Virus record (IMG/VR): IMGVR_UViG_3300047480_000598
Location: 1-64,000 of that record
Origin: a virus
Length of the DNA: 64,000 nt
Reading direction: 5' to 3' (one strand)
Shown here piece after piece: positions 55,883 to 64,000 of this stretch. Both the position numbers and the translations under genes were made by a program. Position 1 is the first letter of the stretch. Every line of letters begins with the position of its first letter. Below the pieces are notes generated by a model, which was not told the origin of the DNA, ran no database searches, and saw nothing but the letters and a program-made list of their open reading frames with translations.

Positions 55883-57419
55883 AGTAGTTATTTTAGGAGG
55901 TGGAACAGCCGGATGGCTTACTGGTTTGTTTATAAGAAGAAATTGGCCGAATACATCTATCACTATTGTAGAAGATCCAAATAGACCTCCAATTATAGCA
56001 GGCGAAAGTGGAAATACTACGTTTCTTTCTTTATTAAGACATTTAAAAATTGATAATGACGAGTTTATTCGAGAGGTAAATGCTACACCTAAATTAGGAG
56101 GAAAATTTACAGACTGGAACGGAGTTGGAACAGAATTTATACATTGTTTGCAAACCGATTATGCTCCTTGGTTAGATGGTTGGACTGACTATGTAACTCA
56201 AAATATCGATAAGGACGATGACTTAACCTTAGGGTCATTAGTTAGTATCATGGACAACGAACGGTCTAAAGATGCTTATCTAAAAACTTTAATCGGAAAT
56301 AATATACCCTTAGCTGATGCATTTTTTGCTACATATTTTATTAAAGAAGATAAAGTTCCATTTGGATCATTGCTAGATATCCCGTGTATTCCGATGTGGC
56401 ATTTTGAAAGTCGAGGAGCTGCTGCATATTTTAAAAAAATTGGATTAGAAAGAAACATTACATTAGTCGAAGGGGAATACAAACATTCAATTCAATGTGA
56501 GAATGGAGATATTAGTAGCATCACATTAAATAACGGAGTTTCTTTAGAGGGGGATTGGTTTTTTGATTGTTCAGGATTTTCAAGGTTATTGCTTGGCGGT
56601 GTTTTAAAAGAGCCAATAGTAGATTACACGAATTATTTTCCTGCAAGATCAGTAGTTGCATGGTGGGATCAATCTTGCCCATGTGTTACAACTAATTCGA
56701 TAGCTATGAAATACGGCTGGTCTTGGAATATTAATATACGTTGTCGATCAGGAAATGGATATATCTACGATCCCGATCATATAAATCTCGATCAAGCAAT
56801 CGACGAAGTGAATCAGCGATTTAACCTTAAAATCGATCCTATTGCAAATTTCACATTTGTCCCCGGAATGATGCGTAAAGCATGGAAAAATAATGTTTTT
56901 GCCATAGGGTTAAGTAGCGGATTTTTAGAACCGTTAGAAGCAAATGGCATTGCTGTAATTGTAGAAAGTTTGTTCGGGTTACAAGATTATTGGAGTCCTT
57001 CTCAAAAAAATTATGAAAAATCGACTATAGATAGATTCAACGATCGTATTTGGTATATTACAGAAGATATTAGAGATTTCCTAACTTTACATTATCGAGG
57101 CCATCGTTCTGATAGTGATTTTTGGAGGAGTCATAATAATGACTCGTTTAGAGTACCTGATTCTCTAAAGGAAAAACTAAGTTTATGGGATCAGTTTTAT
57201 CAAGGAAAGGGACCAGAACCATATATAACCGGATATTCTCCTGCTGCTTGGTTAATGGTATTACAAGGATTAAAGATTTTTGACCATACTCGTATTGCTG
57301 ATTTAAATAAAAATTTATTACCGTTAGGTAAGAAGATACTAAATATCAATGAAAATAAATATAAGTCTATGGTTGATTCATGTTGGACTATACATCAATG
57401 GATTAAAAATATAAAATAA
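55860..57419 (+). CDS. Flavin-dependent (tryptophan-halogenase family) halogenase 3
   Basis: GGGTAG, IAGESG, ATPKLGGKFTDW, FDCSGF, GWSWNIN, FLEPLEANG. Confidence 0.88.
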   Translation: MKLKYNSKVVILGGGTAGWLTGLFIRRNWPNTSITIVEDPNRPPIIAGESGNTTFLSLLRHLKIDNDEFIREVNATPKLGGKFTDWNGVGTEFIHCLQTDYAPWLDGWTDYVTQNIDKDDDLTLGSLVSIMDNERSKDAYLKTLIGNNIPLADAFFATYFIKEDKVPFGSLLDIPCIPMWHFESRGAAAYFKKIGLERNITLVEGEYKHSIQCENGDISSITLNNGVSLEGDWFFDCSGFSRLLLGGVLKEPIVDYTNYFPARSVVAWWDQSCPCVTTNSIAMKYGWSWNINIRCRSGNGYIYDPDHINLDQAIDEVNQRFNLKIDPIANFTFVPGMMRKAWKNNVFAIGLSSGFLEPLEANGIAVIVESLFGLQDYWSPSQKNYEKSTIDRFNDRIWYITEDIRDFLTLHYRGHRSDSDFWRSHNNDSFRVPDSLKEKLSLWDQFYQGKGPEPYITGYSPAAWLMVLQGLKIFDHTRIADLNKNLLPLGKKILNINENKYKSMVDSCWTIHQWIKNIK

Positions 57420-57439
57420 ATATAGTATGGGAGAAAAAC

Positions 57440-57646
57440 ATGGCTGTTTATAAAATGATTCTAAGAGACGGTGAAAATCCGGACACTTCTAAATTGCATG
57501 TAATTGCATACTTTTGCAATGCAGAAACTAAACTTGAAGCTGCAAAATTATTTGACGACAAGTTTGGGCCTAAGTGGAATGTAGCAGGTCCAACAAAAAT
57601 TGAAGACGAATCTTCAATTCCAGGCGACGCAAATTTTATTAATTAA
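57440..57646 (+). CDS. Small hypothetical protein
   Basis: 68 aa; GGGAG RBS and TAAATA (57417-57422) upstream. Confidence 0.65.
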   Translation: MAVYKMILRDGENPDTSKLHVIAYFCNAETKLEAAKLFDDKFGPKWNVAGPTKIEDESSIPGDANFIN

Positions 57647-58278
57647 ATTTTACTTGCATTATCTATAAGATCTTTAACAGTTGCAATATGTTGTAACTCA
57701 GACTGCACTGCCTGGCTGGTGTACTCGAACGGTAATCCTAAGCACGGCCGAGTATCATATTTTAGCCAGGCATCTGTACCTGTTGCATCTACATATTGAA
57801 GGAAACATTGTATATGCTTTGAACTAGTCAACGGATCTCTCCAATGTGCATGTTTTCTTCCACTATAAATTCCAGCATCTCCGACTTCTAGTCGGATTTC
57901 ATGCGTTGTGCCGTTTTCGTTTTTAACGTACAATGGCCAAATTTCGGTTTGCATCAAACATATACTAACTGTTACTTCAGAGCTTGCTCTGTCAAAATGA
58001 TATTGCAGTTTGCTTCCTTCGTAGTAAATTCTAGCATAGGAATATGTAGGATACAATTTCATTTGTACTGCTTCTTCAATTTTCGGTTGTATTTTTACAG
58101 CTAATGCTTCTATCATGAGAGGACTATATCTTGCAAATGTATTTTCACACAAATCGGCTAAATTTGCAGTAGGATAAAGATGCTTACATACATCTTCCAT
58201 CATTTGATATTCTAATGCAATAAATTCTGCTAACTCTTTACTAATAATGTTTTTAATAATTTTATAATCTTCTTTCAT
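57643..58278 (-). CDS. Fe(II)/2OG oxygenase-like
   Basis: PTYSYARIY..G..L..HFDR..E, GDAGIYSG..H.HWR, QCFLQYV. Confidence 0.8.
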   Translation of the reverse strand: MKEDYKIIKNIISKELAEFIALEYQMMEDVCKHLYPTANLADLCENTFARYSPLMIEALAVKIQPKIEEAVQMKLYPTYSYARIYYEGSKLQYHFDRASSEVTVSICLMQTEIWPLYVKNENGTTHEIRLEVGDAGIYSGRKHAHWRDPLTSSKHIQCFLQYVDATGTDAWLKYDTRPCLGLPFEYTSQAVQSELQHIATVKDLIDNASKI

Positions 58279-58829
58279 AATAGCGGTATTAAACTCATGT
58301 TTCCAAAAGGTCGTTCAATATATTTTGTTACATATTTTTGTAAAGGTAGTGTGTGAACATCGTATCCGATAGTTGTTCGGATTCCTTCAAACGGCTCTAT
58401 TAATTCAACTTTATGTTTTCTATAACCGGGAGCAAAATAAATCTGTCCTACTTCGTTTTTAATAGTATAATTTTCGAAAATAGTGTTAGTATTTTTTGGT
58501 TCAATTGAAATGTATCCGTGATATTCAAATTCGTGAGCATGCCAATCTAACATCTCATCAGAACTATGATAATTAATCCACGCTTGTATCCATAAAGGTC
58601 GATCGTCGCCCAATTGCGATCTAATAAGTGTTCTAAGTTCCTTATATATTTGATGAAATGCACTAGATGGTGCTGTGAGAGCAAATACATTATATTTGTG
58701 ATAACTCCATGTTGAGTCATCTGCTGGAAATACTTGTTTAAACACTCGATGAGCGATTGCAATATCTTCTTTAATTAAATCGATATTATCGACAATATAT
58801 TGAGATTGATGAAGAATATAATCATTCAT
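58275..58829 (-). CDS. Fe(II)/2OG oxygenase-like (DSBH)
   Basis: QAWIN, WHAH..HGYISI, YFAPG..HKV, RTTIGYD. Confidence 0.7.
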   Translation of the reverse strand: MNDYILHQSQYIVDNIDLIKEDIAIAHRVFKQVFPADDSTWSYHKYNVFALTAPSSAFHQIYKELRTLIRSQLGDDRPLWIQAWINYHSSDEMLDWHAHEFEYHGYISIEPKNTNTIFENYTIKNEVGQIYFAPGYRKHKVELIEPFEGIRTTIGYDVHTLPLQKYVTKYIERPFGNMSLIPLL

Positions 58830-59437
58830 AAAATTATAGATCCTAAATTAATGTTTATCAAGCATCTAAATTCTGATTCTTTGCAAAAACTTGCTGTGTG
58901 ATAATAATGCCCGGGAAATAATAATAGTTTTCCTTGTTTAGGAGTAATACGTCTTTTAACACTAAAAGGTCCTAATTTTATTTTATTAATATCCTTTTCT
59001 CCAGAATCAAAATCGTCATTCGTTTCATTAAAAATAATTGTATCCCCGTCACTGTTATTAACATAATAAATTGCCACATAATGAGGGAAGAAACTATCAA
59101 TATGAGGCATGAACTGATCTAATTCCGTAGACTGGCCTGATAATGTAAGATTAGCTCGCATTCTTAATAACCTATTGATTGGTAGATTCTTAACTTGGCT
59201 TGTTAATGATAATACTATCGGATATACCATATCGAAAAAGTTACTAGTTGATTTATTATGCTCGTAAAAAAAATGGTTGAATCCTGGGGGATTATTTTTT
59301 TGATTTAAAAAACAATCGTCGCCAGACACAATATTTTTGTTTAATACCCACGGGAAACTAAATCCAGTCATAATGTCGGCGATATATTTTTGTTGATCTA
59401 CAGGAATTATGTTGTCAATTTCGATTATGTCAGTCAT
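58826..59437 (-). CDS. Fe(II)/2OG oxygenase-like
   Basis: RMRANL, PHID, YYVNNSDGDT, LLFPGHYYH, RCLININ. Confidence 0.8.
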   Translation of the reverse strand: MTDIIEIDNIIPVDQQKYIADIMTGFSFPWVLNKNIVSGDDCFLNQKNNPPGFNHFFYEHNKSTSNFFDMVYPIVLSLTSQVKNLPINRLLRMRANLTLSGQSTELDQFMPHIDSFFPHYVAIYYVNNSDGDTIIFNETNDDFDSGEKDINKIKLGPFSVKRRITPKQGKLLLFPGHYYHTASFCKESEFRCLININLGSIIL

Positions 59438-60051
59438 TGCTTTTTTCGTATATTACCGGATATAGAAATTCGATAGCCATCGGCTGTAGAAAAAGGATAA
59501 ACCATATGCGGAAGTGCAGATGGAAATAACATTATTGTCCCTTCAGATGTCCGATCAACTACAAATTCAGATTCTCTTGATTCTCCAAATACATTAGTAT
59601 ATACAAAAGAGAACATACCCGGGCGGGGCATATTGGTTAATTTACACATATCAGTTAATATTTCGTCTTGAAAATAAAATGGTACTTTTAACCATATTAC
59701 GAAACTATATATACCATCATGTGTATGCATGGGATTAAACTCGTGTTTTTTTTGAAAATTGGACCAATATACATACATTTCAAGATTATTAGAACTTAAA
59801 TTGTTGCGAGTATATGTAATATCCCAGTTTTGCTCGTATTGTTGACATAAAGTTAACACATACTGTTCTAACTCTTTATGGCATTTACTCAACTTAAATT
59901 CTAACGAAATATTTCCAGCAAGATTATTATTATATCTTTCTGCTGTGTTAAAATCTAACTCGTTTATTTCTGTGTTTAGTTTATTAAATAATGATTGAGG
60001 AACGCTATCTTTAATAAATCCATAGTTTGCAAAATTGCCGTATAGTGTCAT
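59434..60051 (-). CDS. Fe(II)/2OG oxygenase-like, TIGR02466 type
   Basis: WSNFQKKHEFNPMHTHDG.YSFVIW, LFPSALPHMVYPF, RISISGN. Confidence 0.8.
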   Translation of the reverse strand: MTLYGNFANYGFIKDSVPQSLFNKLNTEINELDFNTAERYNNNLAGNISLEFKLSKCHKELEQYVLTLCQQYEQNWDITYTRNNLSSNNLEMYVYWSNFQKKHEFNPMHTHDGIYSFVIWLKVPFYFQDEILTDMCKLTNMPRPGMFSFVYTNVFGESRESEFVVDRTSEGTIMLFPSALPHMVYPFSTADGYRISISGNIRKKQ

Positions 60052-60659
60052 ACAGCTAAACCAAAAAAGTTAATAGTTAATCTAGAATCATCTAAATTGT
60101 TTCCAAAAAACTTATCTGCACCGTGCCATTGTTCCGGATGAAACATTAAACACCGATTAAAAATGTTTTCCACCGACATTGTTCTTGTAAACAGTTTTTT
60201 CTGATCTAATTTAAATTTTTCAAAATTAGAACGTTCATCTAAATTAGCAGAAATTTCGTCAAAAAATAGCTGATTAAAGTTAGTATCACTCGACGATATT
60301 TTGTTATAAAAACTTGTCCCTGTCCCTTCTGGCGGATCTGGGTTTAAATAAATTACTCCTGCTACATTATATTGTGGTTCGTCTTGATGCAGCCAACCGG
60401 ATCCAAAACTTCCGTCAACACTTGTAAAATTTACCTTAAGATGTAAAAAATTATTTTTATCGTGTATATGCAACATAAGTTTCGATGCAAGAGAATTAAA
60501 TAGTTCCATATCTAACTCGTTTAACGTTGCTGATCTTACACCCGGCCATGTTGAGGTCTCATCTCTCGAATACTGCTGTTTTAATGCAAAGATTCTCCAT
60601 AAATCCGGAGACTCAAAAAAGTTATCGATAACTTTAATCGGTTGTTTTAATTTTCTCAT
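60048..60659 (-). CDS. Fe(II)/2OG oxygenase-like (DUF6445-type)
   Basis: VIDNFF..PD, WPGVRS, WLHQD, AGVIYLN, GTSFY, FNRCLMF...WH, RLTINFF. Confidence 0.75.
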   Translation of the reverse strand: MRKLKQPIKVIDNFFESPDLWRIFALKQQYSRDETSTWPGVRSATLNELDMELFNSLASKLMLHIHDKNNFLHLKVNFTSVDGSFGSGWLHQDEPQYNVAGVIYLNPDPPEGTGTSFYNKISSSDTNFNQLFFDEISANLDERSNFEKFKLDQKKLFTRTMSVENIFNRCLMFHPEQWHGADKFFGNNLDDSRLTINFFGLAV

Positions 60660-61363
60660 GACTTTATAAAAAATACCTGTGTTAATCTAGAATCTTCTTT
60701 CGTTTTTCCGAAAAAGTTGTCGGCGCTATGCCAACACCTTGAATCAAACATAATAAGACGATTAAAAACATTCTCGACTACAATACTTTTTTCGAATTTT
60801 GATATTTGATCTTCTCTATATTTTTGATATTTTTCTCGATCGTTAGGTGACGACAAATGTACATCTTCAACAAACGCTTTTGAATACTGGTCCCCGTTGA
60901 AATCTACCGAATCCTCGTATATCGTTGTACCTGCACCTAACGGTGCATCTTTATTTAAATATATAATCCCTGCTACTTGAAACGAAGGGTCGTCATCATG
61001 TACCCATCCTCGGCCATATGTTTCGTCGATACTTTGAAATCCGGTTTGAAGTTCTGATACTTCTGTTATTCCGTATTCTTTTAAGATAAACAAAAGTTTT
61101 TTTAACGTTACATTAAACAGATTTCGATTTAATCGATGTAATAATTCAGTTCTAAGACCAGGCCAATTCCCTCGATCACCTTTAAAAAATTCTTGACTTA
61201 ACGCAAAATCTCTCCATAAATTAGGATCTTCATAAAAATTATCTACTACGATAGTCGGTATGTATGGATATAAAAATCTGTTTTTTAAATCATTAAGTTT
61301 GATAAAATCTGAACTACTTTGATTTAACTCATTAGTGAAACGATTAATAAAATGATTATTCAT
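60656..61363 (-). CDS. Fe(II)/2OG oxygenase-like (DUF6445-type), paralogue of 60048..60659
   Basis: VVDNFY..P, WPGLRT, WVHDD, AGIIYLN, GTTIY, FNRLIMFD..WH, RLTQVFF. Confidence 0.75.
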   Translation of the reverse strand: MNNHFINRFTNELNQSSSDFIKLNDLKNRFLYPYIPTIVVDNFYEDPNLWRDFALSQEFFKGDRGNWPGLRTELLHRLNRNLFNVTLKKLLFILKEYGITEVSELQTGFQSIDETYGRGWVHDDDPSFQVAGIIYLNKDAPLGAGTTIYEDSVDFNGDQYSKAFVEDVHLSSPNDREKYQKYREDQISKFEKSIVVENVFNRLIMFDSRCWHSADNFFGKTKEDSRLTQVFFIKS

Positions 61364-61940
61364 GGTGTGTAGCTTTAAAGTTTATGGTTATAGCTAATCT
61401 TTTTGTATGTACTTTTGGGCATGTACTTGAATGATAATGTGCTCCATTAAAAATTAATAGTTTTCCTTGTTCAGGAGTGCATTTATGCATAGGATAATAT
61501 TTTTCCGATTGTTCAAGTTCATGAAAAACTACCGTATCACCGTCGGATTTATTTACATAATAAACTGCTACATAATGATCAGTATGGAAGTCTTTATGGG
61601 GTATATTATATCTATAAGGCATACTCGGAAGTGAATACTTTGTGTTTAATAAAAACCCTGCCCTAACTCGTAATAAATCTACAATTTTTAAATTTGTTTT
61701 TTCATTAATTGTATTTACTAGCGGTTCAATAAATTTAAAATGTGGATTTTCAGTTTGATCGTAGTAATATAATAGATTTCCAAATGCCGGAGTACTTATT
61801 TCCGGAGTATTAGAATATACAGTTGTAGAATCCTCCATGAAGTGCCAATCAAATTTTATATCAGTAAGATATTGGTATATTGCTTTTTGGTACTCATAGT
61901 CTACAAAATTATTAATTTCAATCGGTTTAAATATGCTCAT
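61356..61940 (-). CDS. Fe(II)/2OG oxygenase-like, paralogue of 58826..59437
   Basis: RVRAG, PHKD, YYVNKSDGDT, IFNGAHYHSS, RLAITIN; start likely MSIFK at 61940 (ORF track 61967). Confidence 0.8.
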   Translation of the reverse strand: MSIFKPIEINNFVDYEYQKAIYQYLTDIKFDWHFMEDSTTVYSNTPEISTPAFGNLLYYYDQTENPHFKFIEPLVNTINEKTNLKIVDLLRVRAGFLLNTKYSLPSMPYRYNIPHKDFHTDHYVAVYYVNKSDGDTVVFHELEQSEKYYPMHKCTPEQGKLLIFNGAHYHSSTCPKVHTKRLAITINFKATHHE

Positions 61941-62652
61941 GATTAATCCTATATATATTTCTATCAATAGAGTTAGTCGGTAATTCTGTAGGGAATCTAT
62001 TCCAACAAGGAATACTCATACTTAGTCTCTTTGTGGTTGGATTTGCAACGTGGAAACATCTAGATGGTATATACAATCCATCGCCGGGTGTTAAAACTAC
62101 ATCGATTGCAAGATCTAATTCATCTTCTTGAATTAAGTTATTCATTATTCCTGTTCGATGCATATACGATATTCTATTATTAAATACCTTCCAGTGTGTT
62201 TCTCCTTCTACTTGAATAATAAAGTTACACGGGTAATCGTCATGGATAGGAAACGAAGTCGAAGAACCTAATCCGCAATACACATGAATAGCAGCATTCA
62301 CACTAAACATCTTTTCAAATATCGATAATAAATGATTTGTTTTTTCGCTATAGAATCCATAATTTGTTATTACAAGTCCGTATCCTTGATTAACTTTACT
62401 AAACATGAATTCTTTATCCTGCACTTTTCGATCCCATATCCATGCTTTAGAATGCTCAGGGATTTCAATCTTCGAATTCGTTTCTGGATCAATCAGTTCA
62501 AATGTATATAGTTCAGGTCTATTTAAACAATTTTCAACATCAGACCATGTAAGAAGATCATTAGAATTAGGTAGTAAATTTTTAAAAAAATGAGGGTTAT
62601 CATTAGTTAATAAATTTGTCTCATTTAATATACGTTGACCTAAATAATTCAT
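61927..62652 (-). CDS. JmjC/Cupin_4 (YcfD/ROX-like) oxygenase
   Basis: HVY...SFPIHDD..NFIIQVEG..HW, LTPGDGLYIP..FHVA, RLSMS. Confidence 0.8.
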   Translation of the reverse strand: MNYLGQRILNETNLLTNDNPHFFKNLLPNSNDLLTWSDVENCLNRPELYTFELIDPETNSKIEIPEHSKAWIWDRKVQDKEFMFSKVNQGYGLVITNYGFYSEKTNHLLSIFEKMFSVNAAIHVYCGLGSSTSFPIHDDYPCNFIIQVEGETHWKVFNNRISYMHRTGIMNNLIQEDELDLAIDVVLTPGDGLYIPSRCFHVANPTTKRLSMSIPCWNRFPTELPTNSIDRNIYRINHEHI

Positions 62653-63248
62653 TCTTCTGTCCTAATTAATTTTACATTGAACGCTACTGATATTCTATCA
62701 TCTTTAGTTGGGTTATGACCAACTCCGTGAGGCAAATGCCCTGGAAACATTACTAATCTTCCGGTCATTGCTTCATATGTTATAGCACTTGCACTAATAG
62801 GTGTATAATTTTTAATTATAGCTTGAGAACTTACAATATAATCGAGTGCATGATTTTTGTAGAAGGTAATATTTCCTTGTCCGGGTTTTGCTTTAACATA
62901 AAAGCAACCGGATAGAAAAGAATTATCGTGAATGTGTACCGAATTACTATTTCCGAAATTGTTAATATTAAACCAAAAATTTTCAATTTTAAGTTTACAA
63001 TAATCTTCATTATACCCGTAATCTCTAATACAATTTTCAGATTGAATTAAAATTTTATCCTCTAACTCTTGCATCTCGGCATAAAGTCCTGGTCGGAAAT
63101 CTTTGCTTTGCCATCCGCCTTCATTGCTTAGTTTTCTTCCTTCCTGATCCGCGTCTCTCATCGTTAAACATAATGATAAAATCGGTTCTGGGTCTATCGA
63201 TGATTGTTCCCACCAAATAGGTGTCGGAAAGTATAGATCATAATTCAT
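62649..63248 (-). CDS. Fe(II)/2OG oxygenase-like, TIGR02466 type
   Basis: FPTPIW, SNEGGWQS, WFNIN..N..HIH..LSGCFY, MFPGHLPHGV, RISVAFN. Confidence 0.82.
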   Translation of the reverse strand: MNYDLYFPTPIWWEQSSIDPEPILSLCLTMRDADQEGRKLSNEGGWQSKDFRPGLYAEMQELEDKILIQSENCIRDYGYNEDYCKLKIENFWFNINNFGNSNSVHIHDNSFLSGCFYVKAKPGQGNITFYKNHALDYIVSSQAIIKNYTPISASAITYEAMTGRLVMFPGHLPHGVGHNPTKDDRISVAFNVKLIRTEE

Positions 63249-64000
63249 CGAAATAGATCTCCTATAGTGCGTGGAGGTAATTCATGGCTAAATGCAAATG
63301 CATGGCTCCATCGAAAATCTACCGTGTCTGATATATAAGCAAGATGACATATATTAGATTCATACATTGTTACAGTTCTCGCTCGAGTAGGTACTATTCC
63401 TATAAGATCAAATCCCCATCTCAGTAATTCGTCATCAGACAAATTGAACCAGTTATTAGACCTTGTTGGATTTTCGCTCATTATTTTCCATTCTTTATGC
63501 ATTATATGATGTTCGTCTATTTGAAAATCATATATTTCGTTATACATTCTTCCGTTATATCGGTATAATTTAGTACCGCTTTCATTTATAGAATGATCAG
63601 TAAACCACATATTTGCCACCATACCGTGTACATAGTCAATATGAGGAATTCTCCAACACGAAATAGGTCTACTTCGATTTTTAAAATATACATTTCCCCA
63701 CTCATGTATTTGTGGATCAAACCAATCAGTCCGTACATTTTTATGATAAAAATCTCTAACTAAAAAACACAATCGATTACTAACCCACTCCGGCACATGG
63801 ATAGTATCAAATGGATTAGGATCAACATTATCGTCGTGATTGTTGTCTTTTTGTATTGGAAAACATGAAATTAAATTTTTATAAATCTCAAATCCGTTAT
63901 CGATAAATGGATCTTCGGCAATCCAATATCCTATCGATTTATCGAGCTTTATATATTCGACATTCCAGTCTTCGACATTCTTAACTTTGATTACCTTATC
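63245..64000 (-). CDS. Fe(II)/2OG oxygenase-like protein, 5'-truncated by the window edge
   Basis: Frame stays open from 63796 to 64000 (DKVIKVKNVEDWNVEY...DTIHVPEW); PHID, GTKLY, YESNICH, RWS. Confidence 0.7.
   Translation of the reverse strand, partial: DKVIKVKNVEDWNVEYIKLDKSIGYWIAEDPFIDNGFEIYKNLISCFPIQKDNNHDDNVDPNPFDTIHVPEWVSNRLCFLVRDFYHKNVRTDWFDPQIHEWGNVYFKNRSRPISCWRIPHIDYVHGMVANMWFTDHSINESGTKLYRYNGRMYNEIYDFQIDEHHIMHKEWKIMSENPTRSNNWFNLSDDELLRWGFDLIGIVPTRARTVTMYESNICHLAYISDTVDFRWSHAFAFSHELPPRTIGDLFR

Noticed and set aside
2463-62593. Many short antisense or alternate-frame ORFs (e.g. 7670..7885, 14032..14325, 26737..27099, 28951..29412, 34809..35159)
   Set aside because: They lie within longer motif-bearing genes and have no start signals or recognisable motifs; they are shadow ORFs.
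1-64000. Alternative genetic code (stop-codon reassignment), as in some large phages
   Set aside because: Core genes are full length under code 11, coding density is high, and TAA, TAG and TGA all end genes at sensible positions.
1-64000. tRNA genes, CRISPR arrays, IS elements, introns
   Set aside because: Intergenic gaps are short, and I saw no cloverleaf, regularly spaced repeat-spacer array, transposase or interrupted core gene; not confirmed by tRNAscan or Infernal.
51036-64000. Non-heme-iron halogenases among the 2OG enzymes
   Set aside because: All show HxD, HxE or HxH ligands; none shows the HxG/HxA substitution diagnostic of SyrB2/WelO5-type halogenases.
50218-64000. Bacterial biosynthetic gene cluster or host contamination
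   Set aside because: Contiguous and translationally coupled with phage neck/NUDIX genes, similar composition, carries the same TAAATA motif (57417), and lacks scaffold synthases, transporters and regulators.

Overview
This AT-rich window comes from a large T4-like (myovirus) phage genome that uses the standard genetic code. Left to right: (i) 1-256, the 3' end of a gene and its terminator, in DNA almost free of GA/GG/TC/CC dinucleotides, followed by a 100-bp dyad-symmetric element (257-356) and a pyrimidine tract (390-445); (ii) ~0.6-15.8 kb, an array of genes carrying N-terminal peptides like the T4 capsid-targeting sequence (probable internal head/ejected proteins), including a six-member paralogue family, plus two SGNH-like genes and a methyltransferase; (iii) ~15.8-30.1 kb, replication/recombination genes (helicase, primase, gp62-like, UvsW, UvsY, UvsX, gp32) interleaved with a carbamoyltransferase, an unannotated 37-aa ORF, an NDP-sugar epimerase and a 191-aa miniature DnaE-like polymerase core; (iv) ~30.2-49.7 kb, head, packaging, tail and neck genes (terminase, tube, 1116-aa sheath, gp13/14/15) with an inserted pair of adenylation enzymes, one degenerate and fused to dNMP kinase; (v) ~49.8-64 kb, a NUDIX gene, three tandem flavin-dependent halogenases and 13 Fe(II)/2OG-type oxygenases. 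Many genes have TAA(A/G/T)TA 4-6 nt before the ATG, suggesting leaderless late mRNAs. The best candidates for an undescribed system are the dinucleotide-purged zone with its symmetric boundary element (possible staged injection or restriction avoidance), the targeting-peptide effector array, the mini-DnaE and the halogenase/oxygenase island. All family calls come from motif recognition by eye, not from database searches.
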